In this document: in pieces, positions 16,309 to 25,051 of the stretch | How the letters are laid out: each line of letters opens with the position of its first letter | Position numbering within the stretch: position 1 is the stretch's first letter | DNA from: Abditibacterium sp. | Lineage (GTDB): Bacteria > Armatimonadota > Abditibacteriia > Abditibacteriales > Abditibacteriaceae | Assembly: GCA_965199495.1 (NCBI GenBank) | Contig: CBDASK010000003.1 | Location: forward strand, 4,320,001 to 4,384,000 | Length of the DNA: 64,000 nucleotides | Direction of reading: 5' to 3' | Translations under genes and position numbers: made by a program | Notes under the pieces: generated by a model | Databases searched by the model: none | What the model was told of the DNA's origin: nothing | The model's input: only the letters and a program-made list of their open reading frames with translations

Positions 16309-17343
16309 TCACACCTCGATATCGATGAAGTTGGCCGGATTATTGGCGACCCGCGCCACCGCTTTAACGTAGAGTTCCGTTGATTCTATGTCGACATGGC
16401 CCATCGCGTCCTTGAGATGCTCGACTTTGGCACCGCCAGAAACCGAGAGAGTTCCAAACGTGTGGCGCAGGGCATGACAAGAAACTCCCACTCTTTTCAA
16501 GGAGGCTTCATTAAGGTAATAGTCAACGATTTCGTTGAGTGAACGCCGTGATATTCTTTCGCCGCGCGAGCGGTTGGAAAGTGAAATAAAACAGGCACCC
16601 TCGGCAGGAAAACCGGCTTTATGCTTGGAGACCAGGTAATCTCTGACGACGTTATAGGTATCGGGACGCAGGTATATCTGCCGCATGCGGTTCGCTTTGC
16701 CTCGCACTTCAACGGAAACCAAATCGTCCTGAATGACCACGGACTTTTCATCCATTCTTTCCACTTCGATTCTCCTCAGACCATGAATGGCCATCAGGGC
16801 GATAATCGCGCGGTCACGTTTGCCAATTAAGGTATCAACGGGAACAGCGTCCATCAAGCGCGAGAGGGCGCCCGCCGTCAAGGACTTGATCTTCTCTTCG
16901 CCCGGCGTCTGATCTTTGCCGCCGCGCACACCTACCGCCGGGTTATCCTCGCGCAATCCCGCCTCGACGGCGGAATCATAAAACCTTCTGACAATTGACA
17001 ATTTGTGCGAACGCGTATTGATACGCAAGCCCTGCTGCTTCATCTCCTCGCGATACATCTCGATGTGGATGCGCCGGGCTTGCGCCGGGTCTATGTTATG
17101 ACGGTTGCACCATTGCACCCAGAAATCAATTTCGCGGTAGTAAGCCCGAATCGTATCATCGGTGGCGTCGCCCTGCGCGATGTGAATTTGCACGAACCGT
17201 GAGAACGCGGTAAAAATATCGTCGGTCTGCTCATCATTGCCAACGACATTCGCCGTGGCTGCATCAGAGGCACGACTGGTTTTGCGCACGGGAAATTCCC
17301 TCTCGAAAGGATCGGAAAATTCGTTGGACTCTTGTTTGGGCAT
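16309..17343 (-). CDS. tyrosine recombinase, XerC/XerD-like
   Basis: SAM-like N-domain (TIRAYYREI..LSIVRRFY..DNPA) and full catalytic set: GLRRIE, GKANR, HALRH, MGH, LY. Confidence 0.93.
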   Translation of the reverse strand: MPKQESNEFSDPFEREFPVRKTSRASDAATANVVGNDEQTDDIFTAFSRFVQIHIAQGDATDDTIRAYYREIDFWVQWCNRHNIDPAQARRIHIEMYREEMKQQGLRINTRSHKLSIVRRFYDSAVEAGLREDNPAVGVRGGKDQTPGEEKIKSLTAGALSRLMDAVPVDTLIGKRDRAIIALMAIHGLRRIEVERMDEKSVVIQDDLVSVEVRGKANRMRQIYLRPDTYNVVRDYLVSKHKAGFPAEGACFISLSNRSRGERISRRSLNEIVDYYLNEASLKRVGVSCHALRHTFGTLSVSGGAKVEHLKDAMGHVDIESTELYVKAVARVANNPANFIDIEV

Positions 17344-17362
17344 AACTTAAATTATACTCGAT
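17335..17362. other. putative dif-like recombination site overlapping the recombinase start codon
   Basis: TTTGGGCATAA-CTTAAA-TTATACTCGAT: 11-6-11 layout; 15/22 arm positions identical to E. coli dif (GGTGCGCATAA-TGTATA-TTATGTTAAAT). Confidence 0.55.
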
Positions 17363-17609
17363 ACTTTCTTCCCCAATTATGGGGATAATCGGGCTTGAAT
17401 TTGAAGAACCCACAAACCAACTCAAACCAACTACGAAATTCTCAAGAAATGCTCGCTTTTGAGAAGATATAAACTAACTCGTTTTTGACATGAAAAGCTG
17501 AATGTCCAACTTTACACAATTCCCATTTTGACAGGTTGAAACTTTTGGACGTTTAAAGTTATCGGTAAAAGGAAATTGAAGTCAACTTTTTGTATTAAGC
17601 TATATTAAG

Positions 17610-18440
17610 TTGATGTCTGATTCTTTAGCGATTTCCCTGTCCCGCCAAACCTCATTTTCGTGTGGGTTGCGGTTGTGGCAGAGTTTATGGGGCAATCACA
17701 AGAACGTTGAGGTTTATGGAAAACGGTCAAGGTCTCATGGCGCTAATTTCCAGTTAAGCATCGCTTTGCGTGGCCCCGTCTCGCCCGACGACGGCATGAT
17801 CGTTAATCTGGTTGATGTTAAACCTTATTTGAATCGGCTCATTCTTCCGCTTGACCAATGCTTCCTCAACGACGACGTGGCTGAGTTTGGTTGTTGTAGT
17901 CCAACCCCCGAAAATCTCGCGCGCTACCTGTGGGATCGGATGCCCGACCACATCGGAGATGGCTCGCTTTACCGCTTGCAGTTAAAGCAACTCAACCACA
18001 CCACTGTCGAAATTCTTCCCAGCTCCATGAAGGTCTCTCGCTCCTACGAATTTGCCGCCGCGCACCGGCTGTTTACGCCCACTCTATCCTCGGAGGAAAA
18101 CTGGGCGCGCTTTGATAAATGTTCTAATCCCGCAGGCCACGGCCACAACTTTCAGTTGTCTGTTTGGGTCGAGGGCGATCCCGACCCTCAAAGTGGATTT
18201 ATTATCAACCCGCAATTGCTCGATAACATCGTCGATCAGGAAGTCTATGAAAGATTCGATCACCGACACTTAAACGAGGACTGCCCGGAATTCTTCGGCG
18301 ATGGTTTAGTTCCGACATCGGAAAATCTGGCTTTGGTTATATTCAAGTTGATGCAAAGCCGACTCTCTCAAGAAGGATACCGGCTCTCGAAAATTGGCTT
18401 ACAGGAAACGCAGAAGAATTATTTTGAGGTAGAGGCTTAA
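17610..18440 (+). CDS. tandem-domain 6-pyruvoyl-tetrahydropterin synthase (PTPS/QueD family)
   Basis: Two T-fold repeats; the second has FAAAHRL, CSNPAGHGHNF, FDHRHLN, PTSENLA, LQETQKN. Confidence 0.88.
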   Translation: MMSDSLAISLSRQTSFSCGLRLWQSLWGNHKNVEVYGKRSRSHGANFQLSIALRGPVSPDDGMIVNLVDVKPYLNRLILPLDQCFLNDDVAEFGCCSPTPENLARYLWDRMPDHIGDGSLYRLQLKQLNHTTVEILPSSMKVSRSYEFAAAHRLFTPTLSSEENWARFDKCSNPAGHGHNFQLSVWVEGDPDPQSGFIINPQLLDNIVDQEVYERFDHRHLNEDCPEFFGDGLVPTSENLALVIFKLMQSRLSQEGYRLSKIGLQETQKNYFEVEA

Positions 18441-18446
18441 ACCGCG

Positions 18447-19397
18447 ATGACACCGATTGACAACAGACAACTCAGCCTCGATTTCGATTATGACCGCGAT
18501 TTGATCGCCGACGAAGCCTATATCAACGAGTTGCCCGACCTGCAAAACGGAGCCAACGTTCAGGGCGCCTTGGTCAAGTTAGAACGCGTCGGCATTCATA
18601 ATTTTCGGCTCCCCATCAAATACCGCCAACGCGATAGCAGCGACCTACTGGAACTGGAAACATCGGTGACCGGCACAGTTTCGCTCGATTCCTGCACCAA
18701 GGGCATTAACATGAGCCGCATCATTCGCACGTTTTACGAACACCGCGAACGAGATTTTACCATTGATACATTGGCTCGCATTCTCCGCGATTACAAGCAC
18801 GGCCTTCAATCGCTGGAAGCCCAGATCATGGTGAAGTTCTCCTACCCGATCCTGCAAAATTCGCTGCGCTCGAATTTACAGGGATTTCAATATTATGATG
18901 TGGTTTTGGAAATGGAGGTGGACGCCAGCGATCAACTAAAAAAGACTTTGCACTTTGATTTCGTCTACTCTTCGGCTTGCCCCTGCTCATTCGAGTTGAG
19001 CGAACACGCCCGCAGCCACCGCAATAAAGCCACGGTGCCGCACTCACAGCGCAGCGTCGCCAGAGTCTCGGTGAAATTCGACACCATGGTCTGGATCGAA
19101 GATTTGCAGGGAATCTGCGTTCGGGCCTTGCAGACCGAAACTCAGGTTATGGTCAAACGCGAAGACGAACAGGCTTTTGCAGAACTCAACGGCTCCTACC
19201 TCAAGTTTGTCGAAGACGCCGCTCGTCTGCTTTACAGGGAATTGGATAATGACGACCGCATCCTCGATTTTAAAATTGTCTGCTCCCACTTGGAATCTCT
19301 TCACTCGCACGATGCCATCGCCGTCGTGGCCAAGGGAATTCCGGGAGGATGGACACCGGAAATCACCTACAACGAACTGAGGACGCTGATAAGGTAA
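18447..19397 (+). CDS. folE2: GTP cyclohydrolase I type IB
   Basis: LPDLQ, KGINMSRI, SSACPCS, PHSQRS, VKREDEQAFAE, FVEDAAR, ESLHSHDA. Confidence 0.95.
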   Translation: MTPIDNRQLSLDFDYDRDLIADEAYINELPDLQNGANVQGALVKLERVGIHNFRLPIKYRQRDSSDLLELETSVTGTVSLDSCTKGINMSRIIRTFYEHRERDFTIDTLARILRDYKHGLQSLEAQIMVKFSYPILQNSLRSNLQGFQYYDVVLEMEVDASDQLKKTLHFDFVYSSACPCSFELSEHARSHRNKATVPHSQRSVARVSVKFDTMVWIEDLQGICVRALQTETQVMVKREDEQAFAELNGSYLKFVEDAARLLYRELDNDDRILDFKIVCSHLESLHSHDAIAVVAKGIPGGWTPEITYNELRTLIR

Positions 19398-19433
19398 AGA
19401 AATTGTTGATTATAAGAGTTAAGCAACCCGCGC

Positions 19434-19537
19434 ACAGTTTCCCTTTACAGTTTCCCTTTACAGTTTCCCTTTACAGTTTCCCTTTACAGTTTCCCTTTAC
19501 AGTTTCCCTTTACAGTTTCCCTTTACAGTTTCCCTTT
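19434..19537 (+). repeat. perfect tandem repeat (ACAGTTTCCCTTT) x8
   Basis: Units start at 19434, 19447, 19460, 19473, 19486, 19499, 19512 and 19525. Confidence 0.97.
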
Positions 19538-19583
19538 ATTGATAACGCAATTCTCAAATGATGTGAATTACATACAACGCAAT

Positions 19584-19597
19584 TGTATTGTGAGCGA
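19584..19597 (-). repeat. polar 14-mer, copy 4 (reverse orientation)
   Basis: TGTATTGTGAGCGA on +, between convergent folE2 and gpx. Confidence 0.9.
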
Positions 19598-19611
19598 CTG
19601 GATTAATTATT

Positions 19612-19661
19612 AATGAAAGAGGGCACGTTTGGCTTTGTAGTCAAACGTGCCCTCTTTCATT
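19612..19661. terminator. bidirectional hairpin between folE2 and gpx
   Basis: 20-bp arms AATGAAAGAGGGCACGTTTG / CAAACGTGCCCTCTTTCATT. Confidence 0.7.
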
Positions 19662-19675
19662 CTTCGTCAAAAACC

Positions 19676-20296
19676 CTATTTTTGTGCGAGTTGGGTCTTG
19701 ATGGCGGTCTCTAATTCTTCGCTTTGCGGAGTGACTTTGGACTTGAAACGGTCTACTAAAGATCCATCGCGAGAAACCAAAAACTTCTCGAAATTCCAGT
19801 CTATCGGGCCGGTTTTCTTGGAGTTTGCCTCCTCGGTTAAATAGTGGAAGAAGGGAGAAATATCCTCTCCCTTAACGCTTGATTTGGCGAATAGATCGAA
19901 AGTCACGCCATAATTTTTCTGGCAGAACGCGCCGATTTCTTCGGCACTGCCCGGTTCCTGTCCCCCGAAATTGTTGGCGGGAAAACCCAAAACTTCCAAT
20001 CCCTGCGCTTTGTATGCTTCGGATAAAGCCTGCAAACCCGCGTATTGAGGCGTGTAACCGCACTTGGAGGCGGTATTCACAATGAGCAAAACTTTACCCC
20101 GGTATTTGGCCATATCCACGGGTTTGCCATCAAGGGTTTCGAGTTTGTAGTCGTATATCGTCATAGAAGCAGGTTCATCGGTGGGAGCCGTTTTTGTAGC
20201 AGAATTAGCAGCGGAGTCAGTTGCCTCAATGGAACGAGCGCTCTGGCAACCCGCAAGCAAAACTAAACCGCACAACAACAAAGGGAATTTTTTCAT
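19676..20296 (-). CDS. glutathione peroxidase-family lipoprotein
   Basis: Lipobox LLAGC; NTASKCGYTPQY, LGFPANNFGGQEPG, IDWNFEKFL. Confidence 0.93.
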   Translation of the reverse strand: MKKFPLLLCGLVLLAGCQSARSIEATDSAANSATKTAPTDEPASMTIYDYKLETLDGKPVDMAKYRGKVLLIVNTASKCGYTPQYAGLQALSEAYKAQGLEVLGFPANNFGGQEPGSAEEIGAFCQKNYGVTFDLFAKSSVKGEDISPFFHYLTEEANSKKTGPIDWNFEKFLVSRDGSLVDRFKSKVTPQSEELETAIKTQLAQK

Positions 20297-20302
20297 GGGA
20301 GT

Positions 20303-20950
20303 TCAATCGGGGAGATGGTCTTCGCGCCACAAATCGTAAGAGATGCGCGCGATTTCAAAAGTTTGGCGCGTCTCAGTGTAGCCACCGGCACCACCCATGC
20401 GCCCAATTAAATCCAATTTCTCGCTATCAACATGTAGTTTCTCCCGGTCAACGAACTGATCTTCGCACCACAACCCCAGAACTTCACCGACAACGAGTTG
20501 ATTTCGCCCGATTAATAGCGTGGTATGTTCGCGGCACTCCAAGCTAATCGGCGCCTGACAAATGCGCGGCACGCTAATTCGGCGCGACGAACACGTTTTC
20601 AAACCAGCGATTTCCACCTCGGAATACGCCGGGGGAAAATTGATGGCGCAAACGTTCATCGCCTCCGCCATCGAGTGGCTCACCAAATTCACGACAAATT
20701 CGCTCCGAGAACGAATATTGCGCAGGGTATCTTTCTCGCCGTCTCCGCCTCCGCCACTAATTCCAACCACGACTAACGCGGGATCACTGCCGATAACATT
20801 AAAAAAAGAGTACGGAGCCGCATTGATAATCCCCTGTTCGCCCTGCGATGTAATCAGGGCAATCGGACGTGGCACGACGGAAGCCGCCAACAACTTATAA
20901 CCATCGCGAGTAGAAATTTCAGAAAAATCAAAGAACATTATTTTTATCAT
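20303..20950 (-). CDS. flavin reductase-like (DIM6/NTAB) protein
   Basis: VVPRPIALITS, NAAPYSFFN, KDTLRNI, IGRMGG. Confidence 0.9.
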   Translation of the reverse strand: MIKIMFFDFSEISTRDGYKLLAASVVPRPIALITSQGEQGIINAAPYSFFNVIGSDPALVVVGISGGGGDGEKDTLRNIRSRSEFVVNLVSHSMAEAMNVCAINFPPAYSEVEIAGLKTCSSRRISVPRICQAPISLECREHTTLLIGRNQLVVGEVLGLWCEDQFVDREKLHVDSEKLDLIGRMGGAGGYTETRQTFEIARISYDLWREDHLPD

Positions 20951-21129
20951 CCAAATTAATCTGGATGTGGCAGACCAACGATCAATCCAACAGCCAATTT
21001 TGCGCCGCCGTAGAAAACAAAAACGGAATTCACTTCCAAAATCGCAACAGCGAATTCGTCAAAAAAAGCTAATTAAAATCCTATTAAAATCCTATGGTAT
21101 TGATCATTGGCTAAATCACCCGCAATTTA

Positions 21130-21143
21130 TGTATTGTGAGCGA
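21130..21143 (-). repeat. polar 14-mer, copy 5 (reverse orientation)
   Basis: TGTATTGTGAGCGA on +, intergenic. Confidence 0.9.
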
Positions 21144-21170
21144 TTAGAATGTAAAACAACAATGCTTGAT

Positions 21171-22055
21171 TTATGAGATAGCGGGGAGAAGGGAGAGGCG
21201 ATTAAATTTCGAGTTGCCGGCGGTGAGTAGATTGCGGCGCGCGCGGAAAAACTCCAGACGTTCGGCCCAGTCGCCATTAGTCGAGTGGAAGGGCGCATTG
21301 GAGATTTTTTCGACGAACTCGGTGATTTTGCGCGCAGACAGGGGCTTGCCCTGCCAGGGAAAACGCAGTTCAGGGCACACCAGACTGGCGACATCGGGAG
21401 CCATAGCGCTGGTTTCGAGAGGTAGGTTGAACGCATAAAGTACCTGACCCGGAAAAATAGTGCGCAGAGGCGGCGCGATCAAATGGCGGCTGTCGGCGCT
21501 CACAATTAACGATTTGGAATAGGTATAACCATCGCCGTCGGCAATTTCAAAATCAACGGCTAACCGCACAGCCACGGCGCGCCCCACAATGATAGAGTCG
21601 GGGTCATCAAGCAAAAATATCTTACGCGGCATCAACTTGAGCAGACGTAACCAGTCGCACAGCCCATCAACTCGCAAACGTAACTCCTCGTAACTCAAGG
21701 GGATTGGCTCGCCCAAAACAGGCTCAGCCACAAGAGTTGGCGAACTTAACAAGGCCGCACCATAACATACAAAATGAGCGCGCGTATACTCATCTAACGC
21801 CGGGCCAGCGGGGTTCGCGCGTGTGCTTTCCAGACGCTCCAAGCGAGAATTCAATTGCTCCAACGCCGCGTAAGCCTCGCCAGAGTTCGGCACTTCGATG
21901 ATACCCTGCCCCAACGCCCGCGCCATTGCCTCGCTCCAGGCGGCTAATCCCTCGGTCTGTTCACACAACAAAGCAGCCCAGCGCATTTGAAACGCGGGCC
22001 AGAACGCACGAACGGAAGAAGAAGAGAACACTTGAAAAAGTTTAAAAGCCACCAC
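21171..22055 (-). CDS. hypothetical protein
   Basis: 294-aa ORF filling the gap between neighbours; no motif recognised; start uncertain. Confidence 0.65.
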   Translation of the reverse strand: MVAFKLFQVFSSSSVRAFWPAFQMRWAALLCEQTEGLAAWSEAMARALGQGIIEVPNSGEAYAALEQLNSRLERLESTRANPAGPALDEYTRAHFVCYGAALLSSPTLVAEPVLGEPIPLSYEELRLRVDGLCDWLRLLKLMPRKIFLLDDPDSIIVGRAVAVRLAVDFEIADGDGYTYSKSLIVSADSRHLIAPPLRTIFPGQVLYAFNLPLETSAMAPDVASLVCPELRFPWQGKPLSARKITEFVEKISNAPFHSTNGDWAERLEFFRARRNLLTAGNSKFNRLSLLPAIS

Positions 22056-22231
22056 TCTGCGCCTAAATGCGACATTCCATTATCACCTAAAGAAATAATT
22101 GGGCCACACGGCATAGTCTGGCAAATTTTGGCGAACCCCTGAAACTGATATAGGGCACATTCCATAACTTTAAGGCTTATTTTTCAAAACGACCGTTGAA
22201 CAACGGCGATATCAGCACTTAATTTTCATTT

Positions 22232-23770
22232 TTACAGGTTACGAGCGATTAACACGGCGACATCATCGCGGTGAACGCTTTTGGCAACGGCGCTGCGGGC
22301 GAGGGTAAAATGACGCGCCATAAACGGTTCGTCGCCAAGAGCCACGCCCGCCAGAGCGACCAACTCCTGCGCGGCCTCCGCCGAAGTTGGCGATGTCGCC
22401 GCTTCGGCATAACTCTCGCGCAACCCCAGCGCCAAGGCGTTGACCTGTGCCTCGCCATCGAACTCGCCACCATAGGAAAGCGCGTCGGGCAGACCATCGG
22501 TGAACATCAAGAGGGCATCGCCCTTTTTCCATGCCACCGATTTCTGGGTGATTTTGAGTTCAGGGAACAGTCCCAGCGCCGGAGCCGTCGCTGCCAACGC
22601 AAAGGGCGCCTCCTCACTGGCGCCCGCCGCTCGCATCAATAGCGGCGCCAAATGCCCCGCGTTGCACCACGTCAACAATTGCAGCTTGCTATCAACGACG
22701 ACCAGACAAATCGCGATATAAAGTTCGGGCGCCAAGTCGGGCAAGAGCGTCGTTTGTAGGCGCGCCATGAGTTCGGCAGGTTGCGAGTGCAACGGCGCGA
22801 GGGCGCGCAGCGAATATTTGAGCAGGGGCACGCGCGCCTGAGCGCGGATGCTTTTGCCCGAAACATCGGCGATGCACAAAAGCGTCGCGCCATCGGCAAG
22901 GGGAATCGCGTCGAGATAATCGCCGCCGCCCACGCTACGCGCGCTCTGCAAAGCCGCGCCAATATCGAGGTCATGCGGGACGCCACCCTTTTCGGGACGA
23001 CTGAGCAAAAGAGGTTGCAGTTCGCCCGACAAATCTATTTCCTGTTGGTAGTTGGCGATCAACAGTTCGCGCTCCAAACTGCGCTCGCGCTCGCGATCCT
23101 GCGCCTCGGCGATATACCCGGCCAAGGCGCCTATGACGAAGAACAAAACCGAGTTCAGCGCCATCGGATAGTTTGGTTGCAGCAACACTCCCGCGCCGGT
23201 GGCTGCCGGTCGCACCCACAACATCAGCCAAAGAAAGTTGCAGACCGCCGCCATCAAAACGCCACCCAAAACGCGATACCACATCGCCGCGACGACAACG
23301 ACAACGTAATAAAACGGCAGCAACTCGAAGCGCCCGGAAATGTGAATCCACGCCGAAATCAGCGTGGCATCCATCGTCACGATGAGCGCGCGCCGCAACC
23401 GAAAGCGCGTCGGATAAATGCTGGCGACGATAGTGAAGATGTTATAAACGCCCGCGACCGCCATCAAAATCAGCGCGCTACTGCCGTAGGCCTCGCGAAT
23501 CGGGTAGACGAAAGGCACGAGAGCCAACGCCATCAACAGCAGCATGCGTAGCGACGCCAACAGCAGCTCGGCATCGCGAATCGCGTTATCGCCCGCCTCG
23601 CCTTCGACAGACCCATCACCACGCTTCTCGGCCTTGTCACGCCCGGTCAGTTCGGCGAATTCGGACGCGACAGACGCCGCCAACTGACGCGATGGGGCCA
23701 ATGTATAGCGTCCGTTTTGTGAATCCGGCGCCTCCGACGCAGGGGAATGTTCGCGAACCTTAAAAGTCAA
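22232..23770 (-). CDS. membrane-anchored PP2C (RsbU/SpoIIE) phosphatase
   Basis: Several TM helices, then VGGGDYLD, IADVSGK, CNAGH, FTDGL, DDVAVL; start uncertain. Confidence 0.88.
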   Translation of the reverse strand: MTFKVREHSPASEAPDSQNGRYTLAPSRQLAASVASEFAELTGRDKAEKRGDGSVEGEAGDNAIRDAELLLASLRMLLLMALALVPFVYPIREAYGSSALILMAVAGVYNIFTIVASIYPTRFRLRRALIVTMDATLISAWIHISGRFELLPFYYVVVVVAAMWYRVLGGVLMAAVCNFLWLMLWVRPAATGAGVLLQPNYPMALNSVLFFVIGALAGYIAEAQDRERERSLERELLIANYQQEIDLSGELQPLLLSRPEKGGVPHDLDIGAALQSARSVGGGDYLDAIPLADGATLLCIADVSGKSIRAQARVPLLKYSLRALAPLHSQPAELMARLQTTLLPDLAPELYIAICLVVVDSKLQLLTWCNAGHLAPLLMRAAGASEEAPFALAATAPALGLFPELKITQKSVAWKKGDALLMFTDGLPDALSYGGEFDGEAQVNALALGLRESYAEAATSPTSAEAAQELVALAGVALGDEPFMARHFTLARSAVAKSVHRDDVAVLIARNL

Positions 23771-23930
23771 GATACCTATATTTTACCGGGAGAGCGCCGC
23801 TCTTGGCGCGCAATATGTGATACAGGCTGTTACAAAGTGCAAAAATGGCATTGGCTCGCGCGTAGTGGCGCCAAATCCAATAGAGGAAACCAAGCTATCA
23901 CCGAAAAGCAACTTCAACTTCATCTTCTTT

Positions 23931-23944
23931 TGCATTGTGAGCGA
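23931..23944 (-). repeat. polar 14-mer, copy 6 (reverse orientation, 1 mismatch)
   Basis: TGCATTGTGAGCGATTAG on +. Confidence 0.85.
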
Positions 23945-24012
23945 TTAGATATATTTCTTGATTAATGACAACGAAACGGGAAGGATGGCGAATTTATTTA
24001 TAAACTACGCGC

Positions 24013-24939
24013 GTGCTTTCTTCTGAATCGGAATCGGTCGCGCCACTTCATGTGGTTTCAGTTTCGCTGGGTTCGTCGTCGCGCGACCATTGCAGCGACG
24101 CGCAATTTTTGGGGCGCCAATGGAAATTGGAGCGGCGCGGCACCGACGGCGACTTGGAAAAGGCGCGCGCCCTCATCACCGAATTGGACGGCCACGTCGC
24201 CGCCATCGGTCTGGGCGGCATTGACCTGTGGCTGGTCGCGGGCGAAAAACGTTACCCGATACTCGCCGCGCAAAAATTAGCTAAGGCCGCCAAAGTCACG
24301 CCGGTCGTGGATGGTAGCGGCCTGAAAAACACGCTCGAACGCAAGACCGTGCGCGCCCTCAACGACGGCATTTATCCGCTCAAGGGCGTCAAAGTTGGTC
24401 TGACCTGTGCCGTGGATCGCTTCGGCATGGCGCAGGAATTGGTTAAAGTCGGCGCCGACGTCACTTTTGGTGATTGGCTGTTTGTCTTGAACATCCCGTT
24501 TATGATGCGCCGCTTGCGCTCGATTCAGCGCGCGGCACGCTGGGTTTTGCCCATCGCCGGGCGCTTACCTTTCACCCTGCTCTACCCGACGGGCAGCGCG
24601 CAAACCGAAATCGTCGCCAGCGCCAAACACCTCCAATTTTTTGAGAATAATGAAATTATCGCGGGCGATTTTCTGCTGATTCGCCGTTATTTGCCGCAAG
24701 ATTTAAGCGGCAAAACGATTTTGACCAACACGGTCACGCCCGCCGACATCGAATTATTACGCGCGCGCGGCGCGCGGCAACTCATTACAACGACGCCCGA
24801 ATTCGACGGACGCAGCTTCGGCACCAACGTCATGGAAGGCATCTTCGCCGCGCTGGGCGACCAAACCGAAGCGGATTACCAGAAGCGCTTGGAGCAACTC
24901 GACTGGCAACCGCGCGTCGTTTTTTTGGGTGACAAGTGA
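24013..24939 (+). CDS. conserved protein of the family usually auto-annotated 'quinate 5-dehydrogenase'; function unknown
   Basis: VVSVSLGSSSRD, GTDGD, GLGGIDL, VVDGSGLKNTLE, GRSFGTNVMEG. Confidence 0.7.
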   Translation: MLSSESESVAPLHVVSVSLGSSSRDHCSDAQFLGRQWKLERRGTDGDLEKARALITELDGHVAAIGLGGIDLWLVAGEKRYPILAAQKLAKAAKVTPVVDGSGLKNTLERKTVRALNDGIYPLKGVKVGLTCAVDRFGMAQELVKVGADVTFGDWLFVLNIPFMMRRLRSIQRAARWVLPIAGRLPFTLLYPTGSAQTEIVASAKHLQFFENNEIIAGDFLLIRRYLPQDLSGKTILTNTVTPADIELLRARGARQLITTTPEFDGRSFGTNVMEGIFAALGDQTEADYQKRLEQLDWQPRVVFLGDK

Positions 24940-25051
24940 CATGTTTCAAGTGGCAAGCAGAAGAAGCCACAACCGCGTCGCTTCACATGACTTTCCCGCT
25001 CACTCGCGTTGTCACTTGCCACCTGTTACCTGCCACTTGCCACTGTTCCCC

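Noticed and set aside
17344..17609. oriC candidate (AT-rich, TGGGGATAA)
   Set aside because: Only one near-consensus DnaA box, no dnaA/dnaN nearby, and the apparent skew direction is terminus-like.
16309..19397. Integrase + queD + folE as a 7-deazaguanine DNA-modification (dpd) island
   Set aside because: No queC, queE or dpdA/tgt nearby; the PTPS motif is type II; no att sites or mobility genes.
19434..19537. Possible CRISPR array
   Set aside because: Head-to-tail 13-bp units with no spacers; no cas genes.
21497..21506. CGCTCACAAT partial match to the polar motif
   Set aside because: Only 10 bp, inside a CDS, flanks do not match; likely chance.
9540..23944. 14-mer as a lac-operator-like TF site (contains TTGTGAGCG)
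   Set aside because: Only a half-site with no dyad partner; two copies lie between convergent genes; orientation follows chromosome position rather than gene direction.
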